From Planctomycetaceae bacterium (GTDB lineage Bacteria; Planctomycetota; Planctomycetia; Pirellulales; UBA1268), in the NCBI GenBank assembly GCA_018694455.1, contig JABHNP010000069.1, positions 1 to 33,248 of the forward strand: a stretch of 33,248 nucleotides of DNA, written 5' to 3'. Below, piece by piece: positions 8,274 through 16,979 of this stretch. Both the position numbers and the translations under genes were made by a program. Position 1 is the stretch's first letter. Every line of letters starts with the position of its first letter. The notes under the pieces were generated by a model. It did no database searches. It was not told where the DNA came from and saw only the letters and a list, made by a program, of their open reading frames with translations.

Positions 8274-9478
8274 GGCAACTCCACCTGCTCAGTCGTCCCC
8301 AAATATTTCACAAGATCGATAACCTCTTGTGGCTTCATGGCATCCAGCTGCCCGTCCGGCATCATCGACTGTCGTGAAATCTTACGGAAGTCGATATCTT
8401 CTTTCGCAATGACCACTCTCGGCTGCTCTGGTGTTCGTAAAACAATCTTTGTCTCGTCTTCTTCGGCCAAAACTCCGTTTACAACACGGCCATCCACCGT
8501 CAGAACCGACACAGTCCTATATGCATGCGGAACATCCAAACTCGGATACACACTATTTAATAATATGTAATCAAGATTCGCACGGTTTGCACCAGTTAAT
8601 TCCGGGCCTACTTTCCCACCTTCTCCATACAGCAAGTGGCAGGCAGCACAGGTCTTCTGGAATACCGCCCTGCCTCGTGAAGCATCTGCTGCTGCCACAG
8701 CTGAAGGCTTGCACAGCTTTTTATATTTTTTAATGAGGTGCTCTCGTTCCGCACCGACAACGGGCAACGCACCGTACACATTGGTAAACTTTTTCCCAAG
8801 GAGATTTCTCAGTGATCGGGCCACCTGCACTGGGACCGCGCTGGGCTGGATTTCCTTTGTTCGCAAAGCTTCTACAAGGCTTTCTGCATAAATCTTTCGA
8901 GACGCAAGTGTTTCAATAACTGCTCGCTGCTGTGAGGGGTCAAGATCTGAATAGCGAGATAGCAAAATAGATGGTGCCTGGTCATTTCGCACCATTGCAT
9001 AGCCACGTATTGCACTGAGCGTCATTGCCGGATCGTTCATTAAGGTTTCGAGTAATTGCGATGCCTCTCGATTCTGCTGGCCAAGCAAAAGACTCAATGT
9101 TGAGCATCGCTGGGAGGCCGCAATGCTTGAATCTTGAACACACTCCAAAGCACTTGCAACTGCCATCGTGTCGCCAAAGATTTGAGAAAGAGCCAAAGCG
9201 TGCTGACGCACTGGAGCACTCGTACTGCATGCAAGTGTATTACTGAGCGCTGGCCAACCCTCGGGGGCATGTACACTCCTACGGCCTTCGAGCCCAAGAA
9301 GCATTCCCTTTAGTAGAGCGGCCTGAACGCTCGTATCCTCTGTAGACCCAACGGCATGGACCAAAAGGTGAAATGGGTCGGTGTTTTCATTCGCAAGAAC
9401 ATCTCTGTTTATACCGTGAAAAACCAACAGACTCAGAAAAGTAAAAATCGTTCCAAAATACTTTATACGATTTGGCAT
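8270..9478 (-). CDS. Cytochrome c protein with HEAT-like region (TIGR02603-like CxxCH domain), own signal peptide
   Basis: 402 aa. ADASRGRAVFQKTCAACH (heme motif at 8636-8650), GGKVGPELTG, DGRVVNG, SMMPDG (axial Met). N-terminal hydrophobic leader. ATGA overlap with the downstream gene. Confidence 0.9.
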   Translation of the reverse strand: MPNRIKYFGTIFTFLSLLVFHGINRDVLANENTDPFHLLVHAVGSTEDTSVQAALLKGMLLGLEGRRSVHAPEGWPALSNTLACSTSAPVRQHALALSQIFGDTMAVASALECVQDSSIAASQRCSTLSLLLGQQNREASQLLETLMNDPAMTLSAIRGYAMVRNDQAPSILLSRYSDLDPSQQRAVIETLASRKIYAESLVEALRTKEIQPSAVPVQVARSLRNLLGKKFTNVYGALPVVGAEREHLIKKYKKLCKPSAVAAADASRGRAVFQKTCAACHLLYGEGGKVGPELTGANRANLDYILLNSVYPSLDVPHAYRTVSVLTVDGRVVNGVLAEEDETKIVLRTPEQPRVVIAKEDIDFRKISRQSMMPDGQLDAMKPQEVIDLVKYLGTTEQVELP

Positions 9479-9481
9479 AGC

Positions 9482-10624
9482 TCACCCCCCGTTCATAACA
9501 GTGCGTGTTGGCAAAGTAAATTCTGGCAATCTGACGATTTCGCCACCTTTCAGCGCTGATTCATGAGCACAGATACCAACACTTGTCCAATTGGCACTCG
9601 TGAGTGCATTTGGCCAGGGATCACGATCCGTAAGAATTGACGTCACAAATTCATGAATAAGATGCGGATGCGAACCCCCGTGACCACCACCTTGCAAAAA
9701 CGAGAGATGATCTGCGTCGTGAATTTCCTGCGGAAGGGTAAACCTTCGAATCGATTCAGGAAGAAGGTGAGCATAGTCGGGAGCTTCTATTTTTTCTGGA
9801 ATCTCTGGCTCTGGCTTTTTGGCTGTATGAATAACGTGGGGCTCATTTTCAACTAATGTCCACTCAAAACTTTTTTTCGTTCCATAGACATCAAAACTCT
9901 CACGGTATTGCCTTGCGACGTCGTACAGACATCTCCAAACATGTGCCGTCAGATCACTATCTCGGAGTTTGATATGGCATGATTCAACAGCGAATTGATT
10001 CCCAGACTTTTTGGCAATGTCTTCACGCACCGTACCTGAACCAAAACAACTTACATACTCAGCAAAATCATCGAGTAACCCAAGGCACGGGCTTACAACA
10101 TGAGTGGCGTAGTGCATTGGGATCATGCGTTCCCAATAATCCGGCCATCCATCCATATCCTGAGGATGCGACGCTGCTACATGTTGAATTTTCCCGAGCT
10201 CACCTTTTTCACAGAGCTCTTTTATAAAAAGAAATTCTCGGCTGTAGACAACTGTTTCAGCCATCATGTATTTCAGGCCAGTGGTTTGTACCTTTTCAAC
10301 AATCTGACGACATTCTTCAATCGTTGTTGCCATAGGCACAGTACACATCACGTGCTTCCCTGCATCGAGTGCTTTGAGTGACATCCATGCATGGTCAGGG
10401 ATTGGACTATTGATATGAACAAAGTCGATGTCTTTGTCTGCAAGGACATCGTCATAACTCGTATATCGTTTTTCAATACCGAATTGATCGGCGACTGCGT
10501 TCAGTTCAGTTTCGTTCCGACGACAGACGGCAGCAACGTTTGCATTGGGGTGCGATTGATATATCGGTATAAACTCAGCACCAAAGCCGAGACCAATCAT
10601 GGCAACTTGTACGGTATCCGACAT
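9482..10624 (-). CDS. Gfo/Idh/MocA family NAD(P)-dependent oxidoreductase
   Basis: VAMIGLGFG Rossmann motif, DIDFVHINSPIPDH, GKHVMCTVP (variant of the EKP motif), C-terminal GGGHGGSHPH. Start moved to ATG 10624, which is preceded by GGAG. Confidence 0.9.
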   Translation of the reverse strand: MSDTVQVAMIGLGFGAEFIPIYQSHPNANVAAVCRRNETELNAVADQFGIEKRYTSYDDVLADKDIDFVHINSPIPDHAWMSLKALDAGKHVMCTVPMATTIEECRQIVEKVQTTGLKYMMAETVVYSREFLFIKELCEKGELGKIQHVAASHPQDMDGWPDYWERMIPMHYATHVVSPCLGLLDDFAEYVSCFGSGTVREDIAKKSGNQFAVESCHIKLRDSDLTAHVWRCLYDVARQYRESFDVYGTKKSFEWTLVENEPHVIHTAKKPEPEIPEKIEAPDYAHLLPESIRRFTLPQEIHDADHLSFLQGGGHGGSHPHLIHEFVTSILTDRDPWPNALTSANWTSVGICAHESALKGGEIVRLPEFTLPTRTVMNGG

Positions 10625-10775
10625 TTTCACTCCGTGTTCGCAGATGCATGACTGAAAAGCACCCATTCATGAATCATAAATGCTAGTAAAAACAATATTG
10701 TAGACAATGTAATATCGCGCACTCTTACTGAAGTATTTTACCATTTTCACTACCGTTTCTTGCTAAAATTTTCTT
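10625..10775. promoter_or_regulatory. AT-rich divergent promoter region between the oxidoreductase operon and xylR; candidate operator
   Basis: Divergent starts flank it; contains palindrome ACAATATTGT (10692-10701) and a partial repeat ACAATGTAAT. Operator role is inferred. Confidence 0.45.
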
Positions 10776-11921
10776 ATGAAACGATCTGTCGCTCTTGTTA
10801 TTGAAACAAGCAATGAATATGCACGCGGACTCCTTCGCGGCATTCTTCGATACCAGCAAGAGCACGAAAAGTGGACCATCGATTTGCCTGAGCAACATCG
10901 TCGTGCCGACCCGCCTCGTTGGCTTCGCACCTATTCTGGACATGGAATCATAGCGCGAATTGAAACCAAATCGATTGCTCGGGCTGTGCAAGCCACTCAG
11001 CTACCGGCTATCGACGTGAGTTCCGCACGAGAACTGTCCACCCTACCGTGGGTCGAAACCGATGACCGCAAGATTGCGGAACTAGCCGTCCAACACTTTC
11101 TGGAAAGAGGGTTTCGGCATCTCGCTTTCTGTGGCGACGGCTCATTTAATTGGTCCCGCTGGCGTCGCGAGGCGTTCGTAGCCGAGTCAAAAAAAGTCGG
11201 CATCGATGCCCGAGTTTTTGATATAGAAGATGATTCAAGTGGTATGACTTGGCCACATGCTCGCCGGAGACTTATGCGTTGGCTTGTCGAACTACCCGAG
11301 CCATGTGGCTTGATGGCAGCTTATGATTCACTTGCTCGTCGCTTGATTGACTTATGCGCTCAAGCCTCACGGCGAGTCCCCGAATCGATTGCTATTCTAG
11401 GAGTCGATGATGATCCGTTGTTGTGCCAACTTGCCACTCCGCCACTTTCCAGTATCGTCCCTGACTCAGAGGGAGCTGGATACGCAGCCGCCGAACAACT
11501 TGACGCCATCATGTCCGGCAAAAAGATGAAACGTCTCGATACTCTCTTGCCGCCATTGGGTATCGCGACTCGTCAGTCTACCGATACGTTTGCTGTCGAG
11601 GACAATGACGTATCGGTATCCGCACACTATATTCTGGCTCATGCCTGCGAGGGAATCCAGGTTGATGATGTCGTCAAACAAACACAACTCACCCGGCGAG
11701 CTCTTGAAAAACGATTCAAAGACGCACTCGGCAAAACACCCCATGCTTTGATCATCGAAACAAAACTGTCGAAAGCAGAACGGTGTCTTCGAGAAACCGC
11801 CCTGACTCTTGAACAGATTGCAACCCGTTGTGGATTTGAATACTCGGAATACCTGAGCGTCCTCTTCAAGAAACACCGAAACATGACGCCTGGTGTATAT
11901 CGGCAACAACACCGACAATAA
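10776..11921 (+). CDS. xylR: XylR-family transcriptional regulator (periplasmic-binding-protein-like sensor plus AraC HTH)
   Basis: 381 aa. VALVIETSNEYARGLLRGI, HGIIARI, HFLERGFRHLAFCG, VPESIAILGVDDD, PPLSSI, RQSTD, RRALEKRFK, IATRCGFEYSEYLSVLFKK..TPGVYR. Symbol denotes the family; the inducer is unknown. Confidence 0.9.
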   Translation: MKRSVALVIETSNEYARGLLRGILRYQQEHEKWTIDLPEQHRRADPPRWLRTYSGHGIIARIETKSIARAVQATQLPAIDVSSARELSTLPWVETDDRKIAELAVQHFLERGFRHLAFCGDGSFNWSRWRREAFVAESKKVGIDARVFDIEDDSSGMTWPHARRRLMRWLVELPEPCGLMAAYDSLARRLIDLCAQASRRVPESIAILGVDDDPLLCQLATPPLSSIVPDSEGAGYAAAEQLDAIMSGKKMKRLDTLLPPLGIATRQSTDTFAVEDNDVSVSAHYILAHACEGIQVDDVVKQTQLTRRALEKRFKDALGKTPHALIIETKLSKAERCLRETALTLEQIATRCGFEYSEYLSVLFKKHRNMTPGVYRQQHRQ

Positions 11922-11985
11922 GAATCCGCCAAGTAGATCGACATGACTACCTGTCAACAATGAATGCACGTCATGCAGTCAGCCT

Positions 11986-13428
11986 TCAAGCCGACTGTTC
12001 TTCTACAGATGTCCTGTCGTCTCTGCCCCAGAACAATAACGTGAATGCCACCATGACACCGAGTGCGAATACAGCTGGCACGTACCACAGCTTTGACCAA
12101 TTCACTATGCCATCGGCTGAAGTGCATCGCCCCATCCACCACCCAAATGCTTGTGCACCGATTCCAAGTCCAAAGCCCTGAGTGAGCATCACAACCAGAG
12201 ATTGAGCCTGGCCACGGACCTCAGGCTTTGCCTTCTTATCGGTATAGATCATCCCAGTCACAAAGAAGAAGTCGTAACAGATTCCATGCAGCAGGATGCC
12301 AACAAAGATCGGCAGCGTGAGCATAGGGCCGGTCTGACCAAAGGCAAAGCCCCAGAGTCCATAACGAACAGCCCAGGCCAACATGCCAATCATGAGCATT
12401 TTCTTTACACCGAGTCGAGCAAAACAAAATGGCATAACAAGCATGAAGATAATTTCACTCATCTGCCCAGTACTCATAGCGCCTGTAGTGGAACCGAACA
12501 ACTTCACTCCCATCGCATCAACAAATCCGTACCCTTTTGCGTAGTATCCAGCTAATGGAATACAAACCAGAAAAGACGCGACTGCAAAGATGAAGAATGA
12601 TTTATCTTTGAGTAACGCCCATGCATCGACTCCAAGAACTTTTGATACAGAGATCGACTCCCCCTTGGCAGGTGGAGTTGTTTTTGGAAGGGTCAGGCAA
12701 TACACACCCAAGATTGCAGATGCGATCGCCGCAGCATGAAATATATGAGGAGAATTATCTGAATATTGAATCGTGCTCATCGCCGCAGCGAATGCCTGCT
12801 CCGCTGCACTACTCGCTGCCTGATTACCTCCAGCAGCCGCTTTCGCCTGTTCAAGCTGCGCCATCGCTTGACTGATAACTTTGCCTTCGCCATTAAAAAA
12901 CCGGCATCCCCACATCGCCCAGTTGCCGACGATCCAGCCTATCGTTCCGAGAACACGGACGGTGGGAAAGTCTTTTTCACTGTTGGCGAGATGTTTAAAT
13001 GACAAGCTTGCTGTAAGACCCAAGGTCGGCATGAAGCACAACATGTAGGCAAGAAGGCATAGAATCATCGGCTGCGTGAATTGACTCAGAAAACTATCTG
13101 GTGCACCAGCACTCGCAAGAGTGGGAGCAAGCCAGAGGAGACCAGCGCCCACAATGTTTAAAATCGCGAGTACATGCTCCGTATTCATCAAACGATCACA
13201 GATTAAACCCAGGGTTAGAGGTGCAAGAATTGCAGCGATTGGAGCGACTGTGTAAGCGGCAGCATCAAAGGAACCACCAGGTCCTATCTCCGTCATGCCC
13301 GCATCGTTCAAAAAGCCATACATTGCCACATACCAAGATCCCCAAACAAAAAACTGTAAAAACATCATGACACCCAAGCGTGTCATTGGCAGTCGAACCG
13401 ATGGAGATGTTTTTATTGAATCGCTCAT
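11986..13428 (-). CDS. MFS nucleoside:H+ symporter family permease (NupG/XapB/YegT-like)
   Basis: 480 aa, about 12 hydrophobic segments. RLGVMMFLQFFVWGSW, FMPTLGL, DFPTVRVLGTIGWIVG, MSTGQMSEIIFML, GILLHGICYDFFFVTG.IYTDKKA.PEVRGQAQ. Confidence 0.92.
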   Translation of the reverse strand: MSDSIKTSPSVRLPMTRLGVMMFLQFFVWGSWYVAMYGFLNDAGMTEIGPGGSFDAAAYTVAPIAAILAPLTLGLICDRLMNTEHVLAILNIVGAGLLWLAPTLASAGAPDSFLSQFTQPMILCLLAYMLCFMPTLGLTASLSFKHLANSEKDFPTVRVLGTIGWIVGNWAMWGCRFFNGEGKVISQAMAQLEQAKAAAGGNQAASSAAEQAFAAAMSTIQYSDNSPHIFHAAAIASAILGVYCLTLPKTTPPAKGESISVSKVLGVDAWALLKDKSFFIFAVASFLVCIPLAGYYAKGYGFVDAMGVKLFGSTTGAMSTGQMSEIIFMLVMPFCFARLGVKKMLMIGMLAWAVRYGLWGFAFGQTGPMLTLPIFVGILLHGICYDFFFVTGMIYTDKKAKPEVRGQAQSLVVMLTQGFGLGIGAQAFGWWMGRCTSADGIVNWSKLWYVPAVFALGVMVAFTLLFWGRDDRTSVEEQSA

Positions 13429-13661
13429 AGCAGGACCTTTTTAAAAATTATCTTGTTCGGGATTCATACACTCATGTGGGAACACTATCTTGATTTCACC
13501 CCCGCACGGGTGAGCATACGCTGAACAGGTATGCCCACCAATCACTATCACCGATACCAATCGATGATCACAGACCCAATTTAACCCAACTTTTACTTGC
13601 GAATAGCATCAAAAATGGCAAAATAGAAGAGTTCTTCGGAATCACAGCCATAGGGGACCAT

Positions 13662-15638
13662 ATGCACGCTCGGACAAAAGAAACTCAGTCAAATCCAATT
13701 TATCGGGGTCCTCTTCCACAAATCTCAACCATTGAGAGAGTACCTGTGACTGTTTACGACGAGTCCGGAGACGCCAACCGAGCAATCGCTCGAGAAATAG
13801 CTGCGCTTATTCGTACTCGCTCTGGCAAAAACCAAAAAACTGTGCTCGGCCTTGCAACCGGTAGCACCCCAGTCGGTATTTACGACGAACTCATTCGGCT
13901 CCACACCGAAGAAGAGCTCTCGTTCAAACATGTCATCACATTTAATCTGGATGAATACTGGCCGATGGAGCCAGACGCTCTGCAGAGCTATCACCGGTTC
14001 ATGCGAGAACACCTGTTTGACCACATCGATATTTTGCCCGAGAATATTCATATCCCAAACGGGCAACTAAGCCGTGGAGATGTGACTTCTGCATGTGAAG
14101 AATATGAAGACAAAATACGCGAAGTAGGCGGGATCGATTTACAGCTTCTTGGGATTGGCAGGACTGGACATATTGGATTCAATGAACCTGGAAGTAGTCT
14201 TGAGAGTCGAACACGACTCATCACACTCGACAGCGTCACCCGAGCCGATGCAGCAAGTGATTTCTTTGGCGAATGGAATGTTCCAAGACAAGCTATCACA
14301 ATGGGGGTCGGCTCAATTCTTGATGCTCGCCGAGTTGTCTTACTTGCCTTTGGAGAGCATAAAGCACCAATTGTCCGTCACGCCGTCGAAGATGTTCCAA
14401 ACAGCCATGTCTCCGCAAGTTCTCTCCAGCAACACCCCGACGCTAAGTTTGTTCTTGACCGTTCAGCCGCAGCAAAACTTACTCGCTTTGAGTCTCCTTG
14501 GCTCGTTGCTCCGCTAGAAACAATTGGATTGACGTGGAGTGATAGCCTTACTCAAAAAGCTCTCATCTGGCTTTCATTAAAACTTGGGAAGCCAATTTTA
14601 AAAATCACTGATGAAGACTACAACGAGAACGGACTTCAAGATCTGCTATCAAAACGAGGCCGATCCTACGACATCAACATTGAGGTTTTCCGAACGTTAC
14701 AAGATACAATTACCGGGTGGCCAGGTGGCAAGCCCGGAGAGACCCGAAAAATTCGTGGCTTATCTGATTCAACAAAATCGAAAGAGTTTCCGAAGCGTGT
14801 CGTTGTCTTCAGCCCACACCCAGACGACGATGTCATCAGTATGGGCGGCACCTTCATTCGACTTTGTGAACAAGGACACGAAGTACATGTCGCGTACCAG
14901 ACGAGTGGAAATATTGCTGTCTGGGACGAAACAGCTGATGCTCATATAGATTTCGTTGAAGCGTTCTGCCAAGCCTTTGATGCCGGAAAGAAAACAACTG
15001 AGATTGCTGAAAAGATTAGGCATTTCCTTCGGACAAAAGCGGCAGGCACAGTCGACATTCCCGAACTCCAACATGTGAAGGGACTCATCCGTCGCAGTGA
15101 GGCCAGAGCAGGTGCGCGTCACTCTGGTGTTCAACCGGAACGAATTCATTTCCTTGACCTACCCTTCTATGAAACTGGCCGCGTTCGAAAAAAACCAATT
15201 GGCCCGGATGACATTCAAATTACTGCAGATCTGCTTGATGCAATCAAACCACATCAAATTTACGCAGCTGGCGACCTCTCCGACCCACATGGCACCCATC
15301 GTGTCTGCCTGAGTGCGGTCTTCCAAGCAATGGAAAGCCTTGTCGATCGAGAATGGGCTCAAGCCTGTGAAATCTGGCTCTATCGTGGTGCTTGGCAAGA
15401 ATGGGAACCACACGAAATTGATATGGCCGTTCCATTGTCTCCTGAAGAAGTTGAGCGAAAGAGAATGGCAATTTTCAAACACGAAAGCCAAAAAGATCGT
15501 GCTCTTTTTCCAGGACCAACAGACTCTCGAGAATTCTGGCAGCGAGCAGAGGATCGAAATAGAGAGACTGCTCGACTCTACGACAAACTTGGATTACCCG
15601 AATATGAGGCGATTGAAGGTTTTGTGCTCCATCGCTAA
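13662..15638 (+). CDS. nagB: Glucosamine-6-phosphate deaminase fused to a PIG-L/LmbE deacetylase-like domain
   Basis: 658 aa. N-half: VLGLATGSTP, TFNLDEY, LLGIGRTGHIGFNEPGS, AITMGVGSI. C-half: FSPHPDDDVISMGG, IRRSEA, FLDLPFY, DPHGTH, HESQ. RBS GGGGA upstream. Confidence 0.95.
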   Translation: MHARTKETQSNPIYRGPLPQISTIERVPVTVYDESGDANRAIAREIAALIRTRSGKNQKTVLGLATGSTPVGIYDELIRLHTEEELSFKHVITFNLDEYWPMEPDALQSYHRFMREHLFDHIDILPENIHIPNGQLSRGDVTSACEEYEDKIREVGGIDLQLLGIGRTGHIGFNEPGSSLESRTRLITLDSVTRADAASDFFGEWNVPRQAITMGVGSILDARRVVLLAFGEHKAPIVRHAVEDVPNSHVSASSLQQHPDAKFVLDRSAAAKLTRFESPWLVAPLETIGLTWSDSLTQKALIWLSLKLGKPILKITDEDYNENGLQDLLSKRGRSYDINIEVFRTLQDTITGWPGGKPGETRKIRGLSDSTKSKEFPKRVVVFSPHPDDDVISMGGTFIRLCEQGHEVHVAYQTSGNIAVWDETADAHIDFVEAFCQAFDAGKKTTEIAEKIRHFLRTKAAGTVDIPELQHVKGLIRRSEARAGARHSGVQPERIHFLDLPFYETGRVRKKPIGPDDIQITADLLDAIKPHQIYAAGDLSDPHGTHRVCLSAVFQAMESLVDREWAQACEIWLYRGAWQEWEPHEIDMAVPLSPEEVERKRMAIFKHESQKDRALFPGPTDSREFWQRAEDRNRETARLYDKLGLPEYEAIEGFVLHR

Positions 15639-15646
15639 ATCACTGC

Positions 15647-15672
15647 TGAAATTCTCATTTAGAGGAATTTCA
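15647..15672. terminator. Hairpin immediately after the nagB stop (possible terminator in a convergent intergenic region)
   Basis: TGAAATTC(TC)-ATTTA-(GA)G-GAATTTCA inverted repeat; no clear U-tract. Confidence 0.35.
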
Positions 15673-15860
15673 CTCCGATAGATATGCCTGAACTCGACAG
15701 TCGGCCCTTCGAAACGAAGGCCTCCCTTACCTGTTGCTGACAAATAGTTTGTCCTACCAGCAACGTCATGAACGTTTACCTCGCCCTACGGCTGACCCGA
15801 CAGCTGAATGGAACATTGGAAACCCAGCAGGCCAAGCCTGATATAAAACCACGAACATGC

Positions 15861-16904
15861 TTACGAGAATGGCTGTGGGGCCACAGGCTGTCCGCCGTTA
15901 TTGGCACTCTGGTCAGCAGCAAAAATCACTTCAAAGGTTCTGGCTGCATCAGAAAAACTTGTCAGAGGCATTTCCTCACCGCGATCAAGTGCATTAAAAA
16001 ACGCTTGGAACTGAGTCTGATACGGATGATCACTCACATCACCAGAGTCACACATCTTCATTGTCAATCGATGCCAGGCATTCCGTTCCTTGGATAGCTT
16101 CATCGAGGTAAAACGATCATCTAAAACGCTTCCCTCACTTCCAACAAGATGCGTATGGAAATAGTAAGGCTGCAAACAATCAACAATAGCTGCTGTCTTC
16201 CCCAGAGCACCGTTTGCAAATTTTACAAGCGTCACGCTCGATGTGTCGTATTCATATGAATCGAATGTTGGACTCGTTGTTTTCGTGCTCATGCTCGTAA
16301 CACTTTCAACTGCTTGATCTCCCATCATCATGAGGAGCGCATCGAGAGCATGACAACCAGCCGTTAAAAGAGCGCTTCCACCATTACTTTTCCCCGTATT
16401 CCAACGGAACTGACCATACCAAGGCCCGATGCCATGGTAGTAATCAATTTCGCCGTAATGCAGCTGCCCAAGCAATCCGTTCTCAAGCAACTCTTTCGTG
16501 ACCTGCAGTTGTTCAGAATATCGAAGTTCAAAACAGACACAGCCAAAAACACTGTTTGTTTTTACCGCCTTTAGAATGCTGGCTACTTCTTCAGGCGAGT
16601 TCGCCATGGGCTTTTCAAGAATAATATGTTTTTTGGCGTCTGCTGCAGCAATGGCTTGCTCGGCATGTTTACTTGGCAGACCGGTAATGTCGATGACATC
16701 AATTGATGAATCAGCAAGCATGGAATGCAGGTCTTGAAAAACACTGATAGGGCCACCGTGTTGAGCGGTCAACTCGGCAGCATCAAGTTCACGTGTTGAA
16801 CAAACAGCTGTAACCTGACCTTGGTCGGTAGCATTTATTGCCTCAATATGAGCTGTTGCCGCCCAGCCGTACCCAACAACACCAACATTATACTTTTTTG
16901 CCAT
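15861..16904 (-). CDS. Gfo/Idh/MocA family oxidoreductase
   Basis: VGVVGYGWAATAH, IDVIDIT, KHIILEKP, GGSALLTAGCHALD. Start moved to ATG 16904 (MAKKYNVG) with AGGGAG upstream. Confidence 0.92.
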   Translation of the reverse strand: MAKKYNVGVVGYGWAATAHIEAINATDQGQVTAVCSTRELDAAELTAQHGGPISVFQDLHSMLADSSIDVIDITGLPSKHAEQAIAAADAKKHIILEKPMANSPEEVASILKAVKTNSVFGCVCFELRYSEQLQVTKELLENGLLGQLHYGEIDYYHGIGPWYGQFRWNTGKSNGGSALLTAGCHALDALLMMMGDQAVESVTSMSTKTTSPTFDSYEYDTSSVTLVKFANGALGKTAAIVDCLQPYYFHTHLVGSEGSVLDDRFTSMKLSKERNAWHRLTMKMCDSGDVSDHPYQTQFQAFFNALDRGEEMPLTSFSDAARTFEVIFAADQSANNGGQPVAPQPFS

Positions 16905-16979
16905 GAACGAAATTCTCCCTAGGGTTTCAGCGACAGTCTTCACCATACGAGGCAGAAACTCAAGAGCGATAAGATCGCC

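Noticed and set aside
15695-15770. GAAA-like hairpin suggestive of a c-di-GMP-I riboswitch
   Set aside because: Lacks the GCAAAC...GACGCAAA core and lies between convergent genes, so it has no downstream target.
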